From: Acidobacteriota bacterium
GTDB taxonomy: Bacteria > Acidobacteriota > Blastocatellia > Pyrinomonadales > Pyrinomonadaceae
Length of the DNA: 24,000 nucleotides
NCBI GenBank assembly: GCA_018269075.1
Contig: JAFDVJ010000060.1
Span: 11,079 to 35,078 of the forward strand
Direction: 5' to 3'
How positions within the stretch are numbered: position 1 is the stretch's first letter; every line of letters starts with the position of its first letter. Positions 1-7,326 of this stretch are shown here, in pieces. Under the pieces are notes generated by a model, which ran no database searches, was not told the origin of the DNA, and was given only the letters and a program-made list of their open reading frames with translations. Made by a program: the position numbers and the translations under genes.

Positions 1-748
1 GCGGGTCGAAATGATGCAGGAAGTTGGTCGCCAGCACGACGTCGTAATCGCCGCCGAAATCGACCTCGAAGGCGCTGCCCGCGATCGGGTGACAACGGTC
101 GCCGACGCCGAATTTCGCGGCGTTTTCGACGGCCGCCGGCAGGACGTTGGCCCAGTCGAGCGGGTAGATCTCGGCGTGCGGGTACCGGCGCGCGATCGTG
201 ATGCCGAAGATTCCGTGGCCGGCGGCGAGGTCGAGCACCCTGAGCGGGCGTTCGCGGTCGAAGCCGAGCCGGTCGGCGATCATCTCGGCCGACGGGATCA
301 TCAGACCGACCATCGAGTGGGCGAAGCTTTCCCACATCGGACTTTCCGGCTCGAGCGAGCCGTGATCGGTGACGGTCGAACCGCCCTGCCGGACGGCGTT
401 GGCGAGGTCTTCGAAACCGCGCTTCTGGACGGGCGACATCATAAATTCGACGGCCGAACCGATAAACATCGGCGAGCGGCGGTCGAGAAAGGCGGCCGAT
501 TGATCGGTCAGCGAGTAACGGTTTTCCCGCTTGGCGAGAAAACCCATCACGGTCAGCGCGTCGCAGAGGATGCGGATTCCGCGCGGCGCGCAGGCGCAGG
601 CCGCGGCGAGCTCGTCGGCGGTCGCGCCGTCCGCGCCGACGTTCGTGAACACATCGAGCTCGACGGCCGCTTTGAAAGCCTCGGAACGCTGAAAACCGGT
701 CATCGTCTCCCAGATCGCCTGGGGACTTAGCGGGGGTGTTTGCTGCAT
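1..748 (-). CDS. Class I SAM-dependent O-methyltransferase (family-2/COMT-like, N-terminal dimerisation part plus start of Rossmann fold). The 3' end lies beyond position 1.
   Basis: Absent from the ORF track because its stop is outside the window. The reverse complement from ATG 748-746 reads MQQTPPLSPQAIWETMTGFQRSEAFKAAVELDVFTNVGADGATADELAAACACAPRGIRILCDALTVMGFLAKRENRYSLTDQSAAFLDRRSPMFIGSAVEFMMSPVQKRGFEDLANAVRQGG, and later RPLRVLDLAAGHGIFGITIARRY (SAM motif I). I saw no stops in the segments I back-translated. GGAG (758-761 as ctcc) lies 9 nt upstream of the ATG. Plus-strand ORF 11..730 is its Arg-rich shadow. Confidence 0.8.
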   Translation of the reverse strand, partial: MQQTPPLSPQAIWETMTGFQRSEAFKAAVELDVFTNVGADGATADELAAACACAPRGIRILCDALTVMGFLAKRENRYSLTDQSAAFLDRRSPMFIGSAVEFMMSPVQKRGFEDLANAVRQGGSTVTDHGSLEPESPMWESFAHSMVGLMIPSAEMIADRLGFDRERPLRVLDLAAGHGIFGITIARRYPHAEIYPLDWANVLPAAVENAAKFGVGDRCHPIAGSAFEVDFGGDYDVVLATNFLHHFDP

Positions 749-975
749 AAATTTATTCTCCTTTTTGTTTGAAACCGGAAACCGACGGGATCGCGCGGCC
801 GAAGCGAATTCTCACGAGATGCTATTTATCGCGGCCGGGTAAAGTCGCGGGACGGTTTGCGTGCCCGCGGCCCGCCGGCGGGTTTTCAGCCGCGCGGTCC
901 GGTTGCCGGTCGTTGAATTATTGGAAATCCCGACTGTTTTGGATTCATAATATTATAAAAACAGACCCGAAAATT

Positions 976-2280
976 ATGGAAGCTGGCGGAAATCTAAAAA
1001 GACAGTTCGGTTTGTGGACGGCCGTCGCGCTGCTCGTCGGGCAGGTCATCGCGGTCGGGATTTTTCTGACGCCGGCCGGGATGGCGAAGGCCGTCGGGTC
1101 GCCGTTCTGGCTGCTTCTGATCTGGCTGCTGCTCGGCGCGATGACGCTGAGCGGCGCGCTGTGCTACGCGGAGCTCGCGGCGCGCTTTCCCGAGGCCGGC
1201 GGGAGCTACGTCTATCTGCGCGAAATCTGGGGCCGGCCGGTCGCGTTTCTTTACGGCTGGATGGATCTGCTCGTCCTCGATCCGGGGCTGACGGCGACCT
1301 TCGCGGTCGGGGCGACGAAGTATCTCGTGTACCTGGTCCCGCTCGGGCCGGCCGCGCAGAAGCTCGTCGGGATCGGGCTGATCCTCGTCCTCGGGACGGT
1401 CAACATCCTCGGCGCGCGGATCGGGGCGAACGTCTTCAAAGCGCTGACGGTGGTGAAGATCGGGACGCTGGTCCTGATCATTCTCTACGGTTTTCTCGGC
1501 GGATTCGGAAACTGGGACAATTTCCGGCCGTTTTTCGCCGCTCCGGCGGGCGGCGGCGGCGCGGTCGCGGGCGGACTGGTGCTCGCGTTTTTCGCGTTCG
1601 CCGGCTGGTGGGAAGTGACGCGAATGGCGGGCGAGGTCGAGAATCCCGGGAAAAATCTGCCCCGCGCGTTAAGCCTCGGGATCGCCGCGATCACCGTGCT
1701 GTACGTCGCGACGAGCGCGGTTTTTATGTATCTCGTGCCGCTCGGGCGGGTCGCCGACGACCAGACTTTCGCGGCGCAGGCCGGCGCGGTATTGTTCGGC
1801 CCGGCGGGCGGCGCGGTGTTCGCGGGCATCGTCGTCCTCTCGGTGCTCGTGACGATGTTCGCCTACCTGCTGGTCTCGCCGCGCGTCTATTTCGCGATGG
1901 CCCGCGACGGCCTATTTTTTCGGAGCTTCGGCCGGCTGCATCCGCGTTTCGGGACACCGCACCGGGCGACGCTCGTCCAGATGACGCTCGCCGTGGTGCT
2001 CGTCCTGACGGGCACGTTCGAGCAGATCATCGGCTATTTCTTTTTCGTCGTCGTGTTCTTCATCGCGCTCACCGCGGCGGGCATTTTCAGGCTCCGCAAA
2101 ACCGCCGGAAACGGTTACCGGACGCCGTTTTACCCGGCGACGCCGCTGTTTTTTCTCGTCGTCACCGGGTTCGTGCTTCTGATGATCGCGCTCCGCGACC
2201 CGGTCGCCAGTTTTTGCGGTGTCGCGGTTGTCTTGGCCGGCTTACCCGTTTATTATTTGGTTTTAGGTTCGAAAAATTAG
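976..2280 (+). CDS. APC-superfamily amino acid (or polyamine) permease, 434 aa
   Basis: Track ORF 769..2280. I place the start at ATG 976 (MEAGGNLKRQFGLWTAVALLVGQVIAVGIFLTPAG). The 69 upstream codons begin at TTG and are Arg/Cys-rich and non-membrane-like. The rest is about 12 hydrophobic helices with the Gly-rich first helix and the FAFAGWW/E region typical of APC transporters. Confidence 0.85.
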   Translation: MEAGGNLKRQFGLWTAVALLVGQVIAVGIFLTPAGMAKAVGSPFWLLLIWLLLGAMTLSGALCYAELAARFPEAGGSYVYLREIWGRPVAFLYGWMDLLVLDPGLTATFAVGATKYLVYLVPLGPAAQKLVGIGLILVLGTVNILGARIGANVFKALTVVKIGTLVLIILYGFLGGFGNWDNFRPFFAAPAGGGGAVAGGLVLAFFAFAGWWEVTRMAGEVENPGKNLPRALSLGIAAITVLYVATSAVFMYLVPLGRVADDQTFAAQAGAVLFGPAGGAVFAGIVVLSVLVTMFAYLLVSPRVYFAMARDGLFFRSFGRLHPRFGTPHRATLVQMTLAVVLVLTGTFEQIIGYFFFVVVFFIALTAAGIFRLRKTAGNGYRTPFYPATPLFFLVVTGFVLLMIALRDPVASFCGVAVVLAGLPVYYLVLGSKN

Positions 2281-2370
2281 TCGCTGGTTGGGCTCTTCGG
2301 GTTGATTGAAAACCGGGGCTGACGATTACCTTCAACAAACGACGAACGACGAACCTTCTTTCAAAAAACA

Positions 2371-3552
2371 ATGGCTGAAAAAAAATCAACGTGGCTCAAG
2401 CCGTCGCTTGACTGGCTTCTGATCTTCGTCCCGCTGGCGATTCTTCTGCGGTTCGTCCCGGCGCTCGAAAACCCGACGCTGCTTTTTATCTTTTCGTGTC
2501 TCGCGATCATCCCGCTGGCCGGCTGGATGGGCAAGGCGACCGAGCATCTGGCCGAGCATCTCGGGCAGGGCGTCGGCGGGCTTCTGAACGCGACCTTCGG
2601 CAACGCGGCCGAGCTGATCATCGCGCTGTTCGCGCTCCACAAAGGGCTCGAAGGCGTCGTCAAGGCATCGATCACCGGCTCGATCATCGGCAATATGCTG
2701 CTCGTTCTGGGGCTCTCGATCGTCGCCGGCGGCGCGAAATTCAAGACCCAGCGGTTCGAACGGACGGCGGCGAGCACGTCGGCGACCGCGCTCACGCTCG
2801 GCGCGATCGCGCTGCTGATCCCGAGCGTCTTTCACTTCGTCGCGGCGCAGGTGCCGGTCGCGAGCGGCGGCTGGACGCCGGCCCGGGAACAGAGCCTGAG
2901 CCTCGCGATCGCCTGCGTTTTGTTCGTGACCTATCTGTTCACGCTTTATTTCTCGCTCGTCACGCACAAGGACCTGTTCGTCGGCGAGGCGCTCCAGGGC
3001 GCGCCGCAGGAAGTCGGCCACGAGGAGGAAAAATCGGGCGATCACTGGTCGCGCGGCAAATCGGCGCTGGTGCTGCTGATCGCGACCGGATTCGTCGCGC
3101 TGATCTCGGAATTTCTGGTCGGCGCGGTCGAAGCGGCGCGCGGCTCGCTCGGGTTTACCGAAGTCTTCGTCGGCGTGATCGTCGTCGCGATCATCGGCAA
3201 CGCGGCCGAGCATTCGTCGGCCGTCCTGATGGCGATGCGCAACAAGATGGATCTCAGTCTCGGGATCGCGCTGGGGTCGAGCCTCCAGATCGCGATGTTC
3301 GTCGCGCCGGTGCTGGTCTTCGCGTCGTATCTTTTCGGGCGGCCGATGAATCTCGAATTTACCGTTCCCGAAGTCGTCGCGGTCGTCGCCTCGATCATCA
3401 TCGTCCAGCAGATCTGCTCGGACGGCGAAAGCAACTGGATCGAAGGCGTCCAGCTGTTGTCGGTCTACGCGATTCTCGGCATTCTGTTCTACTTTCTGCC
3501 CGACGTCCACACCGCCGCGACGGAACTATTGCCCAACGCGCCGGCCCATTGA
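2371..3552 (+). CDS. cax: CaCA-family Ca2+/H+ exchanger, 393 aa
   Basis: It has two alpha-repeat signatures, [13 protein letters not shown] and [13 protein letters not shown], separated by an acidic/His-containing loop ([14 protein letters not shown]). The protein is multi-helix and hydrophobic throughout. Overlapping ORFs 2386..3510(-) and 2496..3575(+) are Arg/Asp-rich shadows. Confidence 0.9.
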   Translation: MAEKKSTWLKPSLDWLLIFVPLAILLRFVPALENPTLLFIFSCLAIIPLAGWMGKATEHLAEHLGQGVGGLLNATFGNAAELIIALFALHKGLEGVVKASITGSIIGNMLLVLGLSIVAGGAKFKTQRFERTAASTSATALTLGAIALLIPSVFHFVAAQVPVASGGWTPAREQSLSLAIACVLFVTYLFTLYFSLVTHKDLFVGEALQGAPQEVGHEEEKSGDHWSRGKSALVLLIATGFVALISEFLVGAVEAARGSLGFTEVFVGVIVVAIIGNAAEHSSAVLMAMRNKMDLSLGIALGSSLQIAMFVAPVLVFASYLFGRPMNLEFTVPEVVAVVASIIIVQQICSDGESNWIEGVQLLSVYAILGILFYFLPDVHTAATELLPNAPAH

Positions 3553-3558
3553 AAATCC

Positions 3559-3628
3559 TGATCTTCGGTCATTGATCTTTGCTCTTCGAGCCTTGACTTT
3601 TGATCTTTGATCTATGATTTTCGCTCTT
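3559..3628 (+). repeat. Degenerate 7-bp tandem array, about 10 in-phase units, consensus TGATCTT
   Basis: Read in heptamers from 3559: tgatctt cggtcat tgatctt tgctctt cgagcct tgacttt tgatctt tgatcta tgatttt cgctctt. Exact or near-exact TGATCTT copies start at 3559, 3573, 3601, 3608 and 3615, all at offsets that are multiples of 7. It lies in an AT-rich spacer downstream of cax. Confidence 0.55.
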
Positions 3629-3697
3629 ATTTCAAAGGCCAAAGCCCAAATGTACTTTTGACAACCGGATCCGGCCCGAACGTTTTCGTCCCTCGAC

Positions 3698-3734
3698 GAA
3701 AAATCCGAAATCCGAAATCCGAAATCCGAAATCG
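3698..3734 (+). repeat. Tandem heptamer array (GAAATCC)n, left arm of a 35-nt perfect inverted repeat
   Basis: The sequence is gaaaaatcc gaaatcc gaaatcc gaaatcc gaaatcg, ending 2 nt before ATG 3737. Its reverse complement cgatttcggatttcggatttcggatttcggatttttc matches 4300-4334 over 35 nt (GATTTCGGATTTCGGATTTCGGATTTCGGATTTTT). Confidence 0.9.
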
Positions 3735-3736
3735 CC

Positions 3737-4300
3737 ATGTCCTGGATCAAAACGATACCCTTTGACGAAGCCGACGAAAAACTGCGCCGGGCGCTCGAAG
3801 CGCAGCGCGCGCTCTACCCGAAGGAATACGGAACGCCGCAGCCGCCGATTCTCGGCGACGAATCGATCGTTTCGACGCACACGCTGATTCCCGACGCGCT
3901 CTATCACGCGTTCGCGACGTTCGGCGTCCTGACGGCGCCCGATCTGCCGCTCGACCGGCGGCAGCAGGAGATGATCGCGACGATGGTCTCGGTCACCAAC
4001 GACTGCTTTTACTGACTGGTCTCGCACGCGGAGTTTCTGCGTCTCGTGACCTTCGACGACGAGCTCGTCGAAAAGCTCAAAACCGATTACAGACAAGCGC
4101 CGATCTCGGAGGCCGAACGCGTGATGTGCGACTATGTCGTGCAGCTGACGAAGGACGCGACCAGGATCACGCCCGATTATCACGTCAAAATGCGCGCCCA
4201 CGGGTTCGACGACACGGCGATTCTCCAGATCACGCTGATCGCCGCCTGGTTCAATTACATCAACCGGGTCGCGGACGCGCTCGGAGTGGGACGGGGGTGA
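3737..4300 (+). CDS. AhpD-like / carboxymuconolactone decarboxylase-family peroxidase-related protein, 187 aa, with TGA 4013-4015 read as selenocysteine (C90-x-x-U93)
   Basis: Track ORFs 3737..4015 and 4046..4300 share a frame (offset 309 = 3x103). TGA 4013-4015 is the only stop between them. The junction reads [20 protein letters not shown], matching the family motif N-x-C-x-Y-C-x-x-x-H with TGA at the second Cys. The N-terminus [21 protein letters not shown] resembles the peroxidase-related subfamily. A hairpin follows the TGA (next feature). The alternative reading is a nonsense pseudogene. Confidence 0.7.
4018..4051 (+). promoter_or_regulatory. Candidate bacterial SECIS hairpin
   Basis: Folded by hand. 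Pairs are 4018-4021 with 4048-4051 (GGUC/GACC), a U.U mismatch, 4023-4024 with 4045-4046, a 1x2 internal loop, and 4026-4031 with 4037-4042 (ACGCGG/CUGCGU, one G.U). The apical loop is AGUUU at 4032-4036. The stem starts 3 nt after the UGA and the loop lies 17-21 nt downstream. No energy calculation or covariance model was run. Confidence 0.45.
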
Positions 4301-4335
4301 TTTCGGATTTCGGATTTCGGATTTCGGATTTTTTT
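4299..4335 (+). repeat. Tandem heptamer array (GATTTCG)n, right arm of the 35-nt perfect inverted repeat, followed by a T-run
   Basis: The sequence is t-gatttcg gatttcg gatttcg gatttcg gattttt-tt-attt. It begins inside stop codon TGA 4298-4300 and ends in TTTTTTTATTT, 9 nt before hutI ATG 4345. Confidence 0.9.
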
Positions 4336-4344
4336 ATTTAGGCG

Positions 4345-5610
4345 ATGAAAGCTGATCTGGTAATTTATAATGCGCGGGTCGTTGGCGGCGCGGCTGACGG
4401 CGGGCCGAAAAAGGGTGCGGCGCTGGCCGGGCTGACGATCGTCGGGGACGGGGCAGTCTCGGTCGTCGGCGGGCGGATCGCGGCGGTCGGGCCGTCGGCG
4501 GAGATTTTGGAGCAATACGCGGCCGAAAACGCGATCGACGCGGGCGGTCGGGTCGTCGGACCGGGGTTCGTCGAATGCCACACGCACGTCGTCTTCGCCG
4601 GCGACCGGCTGAACGAATTCGAGCTCAAGATCCGGGGCGCGGATTATCTCGAAATTCTCAAGGCGGGCGGCGGGATTCTCTCGACCGTCCGGCAGACGCG
4701 GGCGGCTTCGGTCGACGAACTGGTCGCCGAGAGCCGCCGGCGGCTCGACAAAATGCTCGCGCTCGGCGTGACGACGGCCGAAGTCAAGACCGGCTACGGG
4801 CTCGACACCGAAACCGAATTGAAGATGCTGCGGGCGATCTTCGCGCTCGACGCGGCGCACGCCGTCGATCTCGTCCCGACGTTTCTGCCGGCCCACGCCG
4901 TCCCGCCGGAATTCCGGGAAAACCCGGACGCTTACGTCGATCTGATCTGCCGCGAGATGCTGCCGCGGGCGCTCGAAGAATTTCGAAATTCGAGGCTGAA
5001 TTCGCCGATTTTCGTCGACGTTTTCTGCGAGCGCGGCGCCTTCGATCTCGAACAGTCGCGCCGGGTTCTGGAAACCGCCAAAGCTCTCGGTTTCGGGATC
5101 AAGGCGCACGTCGACGAGTTTACGAATCTCGGCGGCGCGCGGATGGCGATCGGGCTCGGCGCGACGTCGGTCGATCACCTCGACGCGATTTCCGACGAGG
5201 AAATTGCGCTGCTCGCCGCCTCCGGCACGGTCGGCGTCGTCACGCCGACGGTCAATTTCAATTTCGGCTCGAAGGAATTCGCCGACGCGCGCCGGCTGAT
5301 CAACGCGGGCTGCGCCGTCGCACTCTCGACCGACTACAACCCGGGCAGCGCGCCGTGTCCGAGCCTGCCGAACGCGATGGCGATCGCCTGCCGCTATCAA
5401 AAGCTGCTGCCGGCCGAGGCCTTCAACGCCGCGACGATCAACGCCGCGCACGCCGTCGGTCTCGGCGCTCAAATCGGTTCGCTCGATGCCGGGAAACGGG
5501 CCGACATTTTGATCTTCGACACGAAAGATTATCGCGAGATCGCCTACGAATTCGGCGGCAACCCGGTCGCCGCAACAGTCAAAAACGGAATAATGGTAAA
5601 CCGTTCGTAA
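4345..5610 (+). CDS. hutI: Imidazolonepropionase (amidohydrolase superfamily), 421 aa
   Basis: Motifs seen: GFVECHTHVVFAGDR (HxH metal site), EVKTGYGL, KAHVDEF, and LSTDYNPGS with a C-terminal SLDAGKRADILIFD. Length and order are typical of HutI. Antisense ORF 4255..5472(-) is a shadow. Confidence 0.92.
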   Translation: MKADLVIYNARVVGGAADGGPKKGAALAGLTIVGDGAVSVVGGRIAAVGPSAEILEQYAAENAIDAGGRVVGPGFVECHTHVVFAGDRLNEFELKIRGADYLEILKAGGGILSTVRQTRAASVDELVAESRRRLDKMLALGVTTAEVKTGYGLDTETELKMLRAIFALDAAHAVDLVPTFLPAHAVPPEFRENPDAYVDLICREMLPRALEEFRNSRLNSPIFVDVFCERGAFDLEQSRRVLETAKALGFGIKAHVDEFTNLGGARMAIGLGATSVDHLDAISDEEIALLAASGTVGVVTPTVNFNFGSKEFADARRLINAGCAVALSTDYNPGSAPCPSLPNAMAIACRYQKLLPAEAFNAATINAAHAVGLGAQIGSLDAGKRADILIFDTKDYREIAYEFGGNPVAATVKNGIMVNRS

Positions 5611-5614
5611 ATTT

Positions 5615-7144
5615 ATGCAGGAAGTTGTTTTAGACGGCGAAAGCCTGACTTTCGAAGAGGTCGTCGCCGTGGCTTACGGCCGGCCGGACGCGCCGCGCGT
5701 GCGGTTGTCGGAAAGAGCCGCCGTCAACGTCGGCCGCGCCGCCGAGGCGGTCGAAAAATTGTTGAAGCGGGGCGAGATCGCCTACGGCATCACGACCGGT
5801 TTCGGGGCGTTCAAGGACCGGATTATCTCGGTCGAGGAGGTCGAGAGGCTCCAGCGGAACATCGTCGTCAGCCACGCCGTCGGCGTCGGGAATCCGTTCG
5901 ACGAGCCGACGACGCGGGCGATTATGCTGATCCGCGCGAACACGCTGGCCCGCGGTTTTTCGGGCATCCGGCCGGAAACGCTCAATCTTTTGCTCGAGCT
6001 GCTCAACCGCGGCGTCCATCCGCTGATCCCGGAAAAGGGCAGCCTCGGGGCGAGCGGCGATCTCGCGCCGCTCGCGCATATGGCCTGCGTGATGATCGGC
6101 GAAGGCGAAGCGCTCTTAGGCGGCGAAAAGATGCCGGCCGCCGATGCGCTCGCGAGAGCCGGCCTGGCGCCGGTCAAGCTGGCCGCCAAAGAGGGTTTGG
6201 CGCTGACCAACGGCACGACGATTATGACGGCCGTCGGGCTGCTCGAAACGCATAACGCCAAGCGGATGGCCGAACTCGCCGATCTGGCGGGCTGTCTGAG
6301 CCTCGAAGCGCTCCACGGGACGACGCTCGCCTTCGACGAGCGGATTCACGCCCTGCGGCCGCATCCGCGTCAGGTGCAGTGCGCCGAAAATCTGCGGTCG
6401 ATCCTCGAAGGCAGCGAGTTTACCCGGAAATTCGACGCCTCGAACGTCCAGGACGCCTACACCCTGCGCTGCATCCCGCAGGTCCACGGCGCGTGCCGCG
6501 ACGCGGTCGCCTACGCCGACTGGATGGTCAAGCTCGAGCTCAACGCCGTGACCGACAACCCGCTCATCTTCTGCGACGAAAACTGCGACGAGATCGAGGT
6601 CATATCGGGCGGCAATTTTCACGGCGAGCCGCTCGCGCTCGCTTTCGATTATCTCGCGATCGCGCTCTCGGAGCTCGGCAACATCAGCGAGCGGCGGATT
6701 ATGCGGCTGACCGACGAGGCGTCGAACGCGCACGTGCTGCCGGCGTTTCTGACCGAAAAGGGCGGCCTCAATTCGGGTTTTATGATCGTCCAGTACACGG
6801 CCGCCGCGCTCTGCACCGAGAACAAGATCCTCGCGCATCCGGCGGCGGTCGATACGATCCCGACCTCGGCCAACGTCGAGGATCACGTTTCGATGGGCGC
6901 GACCGCGGCGCTGAAACTGCGGCAGATCGCCGAAAATCTCGAACGGATTCTCGGTCTCGAGCTGTTCGCGGCGGCGCAGGGCGTCGATTTTCGCCGCCAG
7001 CGGATCGGCGCCGAGAAAAAGCTCGGCCGCCGGACGCAGCCCGTTTACGAGCTGATTCGCGCGAAAGTCCCGTTTATCGAGGAAGATACGCTGATGTACC
7101 CGCACATCGAAGCGGTCCGCGCGCTGATCGACGAAATCGTCTGA
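5615..7144 (+). CDS. hutH: Histidine ammonia-lyase, 509 aa
   Basis: GSLGASGDLAPLAHM contains the Ala-Ser-Gly triad that forms the MIO cofactor. Aromatic amino acid lyase motifs follow (NGTTIMTA, YTLRCIPQVHG, SGGNFHGEP, SANVEDHVSMG). It starts 4 nt after the hutI stop. Confidence 0.95.
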   Translation: MQEVVLDGESLTFEEVVAVAYGRPDAPRVRLSERAAVNVGRAAEAVEKLLKRGEIAYGITTGFGAFKDRIISVEEVERLQRNIVVSHAVGVGNPFDEPTTRAIMLIRANTLARGFSGIRPETLNLLLELLNRGVHPLIPEKGSLGASGDLAPLAHMACVMIGEGEALLGGEKMPAADALARAGLAPVKLAAKEGLALTNGTTIMTAVGLLETHNAKRMAELADLAGCLSLEALHGTTLAFDERIHALRPHPRQVQCAENLRSILEGSEFTRKFDASNVQDAYTLRCIPQVHGACRDAVAYADWMVKLELNAVTDNPLIFCDENCDEIEVISGGNFHGEPLALAFDYLAIALSELGNISERRIMRLTDEASNAHVLPAFLTEKGGLNSGFMIVQYTAAALCTENKILAHPAAVDTIPTSANVEDHVSMGATAALKLRQIAENLERILGLELFAAAQGVDFRRQRIGAEKKLGRRTQPVYELIRAKVPFIEEDTLMYPHIEAVRALIDEIV

Positions 7145-7326
7145 GGCCGGAAAACGGATGGATCGGCTGACACAACTTTTCGGGGACGATCTGGTTTTCG
7201 GGGGGGCGTCGCCCGGTGGCGGTTTTGAGGCCGTGATGCGGGTGGCGGAAAAAATCGGATTTGCGGGAATAAAATAAAACCGACGCGGGATAAAATTGGC
7301 GTAAATCATAGACGGAGTGAGTTGAA

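Noticed and set aside
11-730. 239-aa plus-strand ORF
   Set aside because: It is Arg/Asp/Gly-rich with no recognisable motifs. The opposite strand encodes a clean O-methyltransferase with a SAM motif and an SD. This is a shadow ORF of a high-GC gene.
769-975. N-terminal extensions offered by the ORF track (769-975, 7847-8275, 9937-10068, 10085-10870, 13054-13098, 11777-11785)
   Set aside because: The extensions overlap upstream genes out of frame or are Arg-rich. Internal ATGs give canonical N-termini (signal peptides, the MC..NRDE motif, TM helices) with SD-like motifs at correct spacing.
2266-2275. ggttcgaaaa, resembling a tRNA T-arm
   Set aside because: It lies inside the permease coding frame (LGSKN). 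There is no acceptor or anticodon stem context.
3526-3750. 74-aa minus-strand ORF and 4126..4341 plus-strand ORF reading [11 protein letters not shown] through the heptamer arrays
   Set aside because: The peptide repeats are simply translations of the DNA heptamers. The ORFs overlap the cax end or the AhpD-like gene out of frame and lack start signals.
3737-4300. Reading the AhpD-like locus as a nonsense pseudogene
   Set aside because: The single stop falls exactly on the catalytic Cys codon. It is followed by a SECIS-like hairpin, and both halves keep an intact frame and family-like sequence. This reading is not fully excluded without sel genes or read evidence, hence confidence 0.7.
3698-4335. 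Heptamer arrays as a CRISPR array or as the ends of a classical transposon or MITE
   Set aside because: The units are 7 bp with no spacers, so this is not CRISPR. I saw no target-site duplication (flanks ctcgac versus atttag). There is no transposase, integrase or recombinase in the window. The mobile-element idea is kept only as a minor alternative in the finding.
7145-7230. Possible terminator after hutH (gggggcgtcgccc)
   Set aside because: The stem is only 3-5 bp with a loop that is too small. No convincing U-tract follows directly.
7158-7277. 39-codon ORF (MDRLTQLFGDDLVFGGASPGGGFEAVMRVAEKIGFAGIK) in the hutH-DinB spacer, and the direct repeat GGTGGCGG (7219-7226 and 7242-7249)
   Set aside because: The ORF is too short to judge by composition. 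The only SD-like motif (GAGG 7143-7146) is poorly spaced at 11 nt, and no motif is present. I cannot support it as a gene from sequence alone.
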